From Candidatus Eiseniibacteriota bacterium (GTDB lineage: Bacteria; Eisenbacteria; RBG-16-71-46; SZUA-252): a stretch of 37,727 nt of DNA. The position numbers and the translations under genes are program-made. Shown here one piece after another: positions 36,134 to 37,727 of this stretch. The stretch spans positions 1 to 37,727 of the forward strand of contig JANMQV010000022.1 in NCBI GenBank assembly GCA_031370645.1, read 5' to 3'. A model generated the notes under the pieces. The model searched no databases. It worked only from the letters and a program-made list of their open reading frames with translations, and was not told the origin of the DNA. Position 1 is the first letter of the stretch. Each line of letters opens with the position of its first letter.

Positions 36134-36331
36134 CTACCGATCCTCGTGTCGTTCCAGTAGCTCGTCTCGAGTGCTGAATCCGTTCGAGAAATCTTCGGCC
36201 GCTTCCCAGAACTCGCGGTGAGCGCTAATTTCGTCATTGCTGAATGTCGGCCGGTCCTTCGCAGGTTCAAGGTAATACCAATCCATCTCCTCGATGGCCG
36301 CCGACATTTGAGGACGCATCCAATGGCGCAT
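36134..36331 (-). CDS. Small acidic hypothetical protein (65 aa)
   Basis: Strong SD GGGAGGT before ATG 36331; sigma-54 motif upstream; no recognisable family. Confidence 0.45.
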   Translation of the reverse strand: MRHWMRPQMSAAIEEMDWYYLEPAKDRPTFSNDEISAHREFWEAAEDFSNGFSTRDELLERHEDR

Positions 36332-36427
36332 GGTCCACCTCCCAAGTAGTCGTGTGCCCTTCATCGCCTCATGGCACAGGCTGGAACTCGATGTGCCCTA
36401 CCTGCTCCATACCGTGTCGGAACAGAG

Positions 36428-36443
36428 GGCGATATTCGTGCCA
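36428..36443 (-). promoter_or_regulatory. Sigma-54 (-24/-12) promoter
   Basis: TGGCACG-AATA-TCGCC with exact spacing. IHF-like CATCAA-N4-TTG at 36472-36484 upstream. Confidence 0.65.
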
Positions 36444-36614
36444 CTGCTCTCGAACCCAGCGGGGACCAGCCCAAGGCATTGATGTGACGCGCGATGCGGG
36501 GTGAGGTGGAACCTTTCGTCGTGCGACCGTGCTCCCGGAAGCGAGGACCTAACGGAGGACTTTACGACCGAGAAGGCAGAAACTTCAAAGGGACGATCGC
36601 ACCCGACAACTGAC

Positions 36615-37727
36615 TTACGCCGGCCCCGCAGCGCGTGTCGGCTCGGTGCAGCGGAGCATCTCTCGTAGGATGGCCAATTCCTCACGCGCACGAACGACGA
36701 GGACTCGCACGCTCGAGTCGCGTTGCGCGATGTCGACGTCGGGGACGGCGGCTCGATTCTTCTCTTCCTCCAGTCGCACGCCGGCGAACGACAGCGCCGA
36801 CGCCACATCTCGACGAACCTGGCTGCTGTTCTCTCCGATTCCTCCGGTGAACACCAAGACATCCAGCCCGCCGAGAACGCTCGCCATCGCGCCGACGGCG
36901 CGGCGCACCGACAACACGAAGCGGTCGTACGCGAGGGCCGCCCGCGGCGAGCCCCCTTCCGCGGCACGGAGCACGTCGCGGAGATCCCCCGATACGCCCG
37001 AAACGCCGAGCAAGCCGGAGCGCGTGGTAAGCGTTTCGAACAATTCGGCGGCGGTCACCCCGTGCTGCATCTGGAGGTAGAGGAGCAGCCCCGGATCGAC
37101 AGAACCGGAGCGCGTCCCCATCATCAGCCCCTCGAGCGTGCTGAATCCCATGGTCGTATCGACGGAGCGTCCTTCTGCTACGGCCGATACCGAGCATCCG
37201 CTCCCCAGATGGCAGACGACAAGGCGCCCTACCGATCCTCCCGTCAATTCCCCGGCGCGCTGCGCCGCATAGGCGACACTGATTCCATGGAACCCGAACC
37301 GCCGGAGATCCCATTTCTCAGTCCACTCGAAGGGCAGCGCGTAGCCGGCGGCTGCCGCGGGAATGGACGCGTGGAACGCCGTGTCGAACGCCGCGAACTG
37401 CGGGACGGTCGGATCGAGCGCCTGAACGGCGTCGATGGCATCGAGCGCGGGGCGCATATGGAGCGGGTCACGGGCCACGAGGGTCTCGAGTTCCGCGCGA
37501 ACCGTCGCATCCACGACGATCGTCTCGCGAAACCGGGTCCCGCCGTGAACGATGCGATGCCCCACGGCGTCGTAACCCGGAACGTCGCGAAGCACGGCCT
37601 CGATCCTAGTGACGTGGTCCGCGTCCCCCGGGTCGGCCCATGCCACGGTATCTCCCGCCAGGCTCGACTCGTCCTTCGCGTCGAACAGAGCCCATTTGAG
37701 CGTGCTCGACCCGCAGTTGAGAACAAG
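36615..37727 (-). CDS. ackA: Acetate/propionate kinase (5' end lies just beyond the window)
   Basis: Frame is open to the window edge: LVLNCGSSTLKW, GHRIVHGG, PLH, FDTAFH, RRFGFHGIS, HLGSGCS, DTTMGF..LEGLMMGTRSG, FTGGIGENS, EE. Confidence 0.96.
   Translation of the reverse strand, partial: LVLNCGSSTLKWALFDAKDESSLAGDTVAWADPGDADHVTRIEAVLRDVPGYDAVGHRIVHGGTRFRETIVVDATVRAELETLVARDPLHMRPALDAIDAVQALDPTVPQFAAFDTAFHASIPAAAAGYALPFEWTEKWDLRRFGFHGISVAYAAQRAGELTGGSVGRLVVCHLGSGCSVSAVAEGRSVDTTMGFSTLEGLMMGTRSGSVDPGLLLYLQMQHGVTAAELFETLTTRSGLLGVSGVSGDLRDVLRAAEGGSPRAALAYDRFVLSVRRAVGAMASVLGGLDVLVFTGGIGENSSQVRRDVASALSFAGVRLEEEKNRAAVPDVDIAQRDSSVRVLVVRAREELAILREMLRCTEPTRAAGPA

Noticed and set aside
1-37727. CRISPR arrays, IS elements, integron attC sites, riboswitches
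   Set aside because: No regularly spaced repeats, transposase/integrase motifs or recognisable riboswitch consensus were found by eye.

Overview
GC-rich bacterial DNA with two distinct parts. (1) Bases 1-23990 are core chromosome. A long minus-strand run contains an M16 peptidase-like gene, a site-2 protease, trpS, scpA, scpB, rluB, hisC, aroA, a cmk-plsC fusion, ispH and rpsA. After a terminator and a new promoter come lapA, lapB, a TPR/SPOR gene and mutS. The rest of this part holds tRNA-Ala(GGC), a stand-alone MurC-like ligase, a PEP-CTERM protein, pruA, a membrane protein, an Ig-repeat/FlgD-type C-terminal domain protein and lepB. The FlgD-type protein together with high GC suggests an FCB-adjacent lineage such as Ca. 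Eisenbacteria (inference only). (2) From about 23991 to the end is a minus-strand accessory mosaic. It looks like a decayed ackA-xfp-phosphatase-ATPase-pgm fermentative cluster interrupted by a heavy-metal cassette. The cassette runs: DUF2946/CruR-like leader ending in RSPP, TolC, an unusual hairpin-less adaptor, a CusA/CzcA pump, a lipoprotein, a CPMH mini-protein, and a lycopene-cyclase-like membrane protein fused to a phosphoketolase remnant. The most notable candidates are a metal-sensing ribosome-stalling leader ahead of an RND efflux operon, three sigma-54 promoters, and recurrent dyads inside sigma-70 promoter spacers. No CRISPR array, integrase or transposase was seen. All calls come from reading motifs by eye; no database searches were run.
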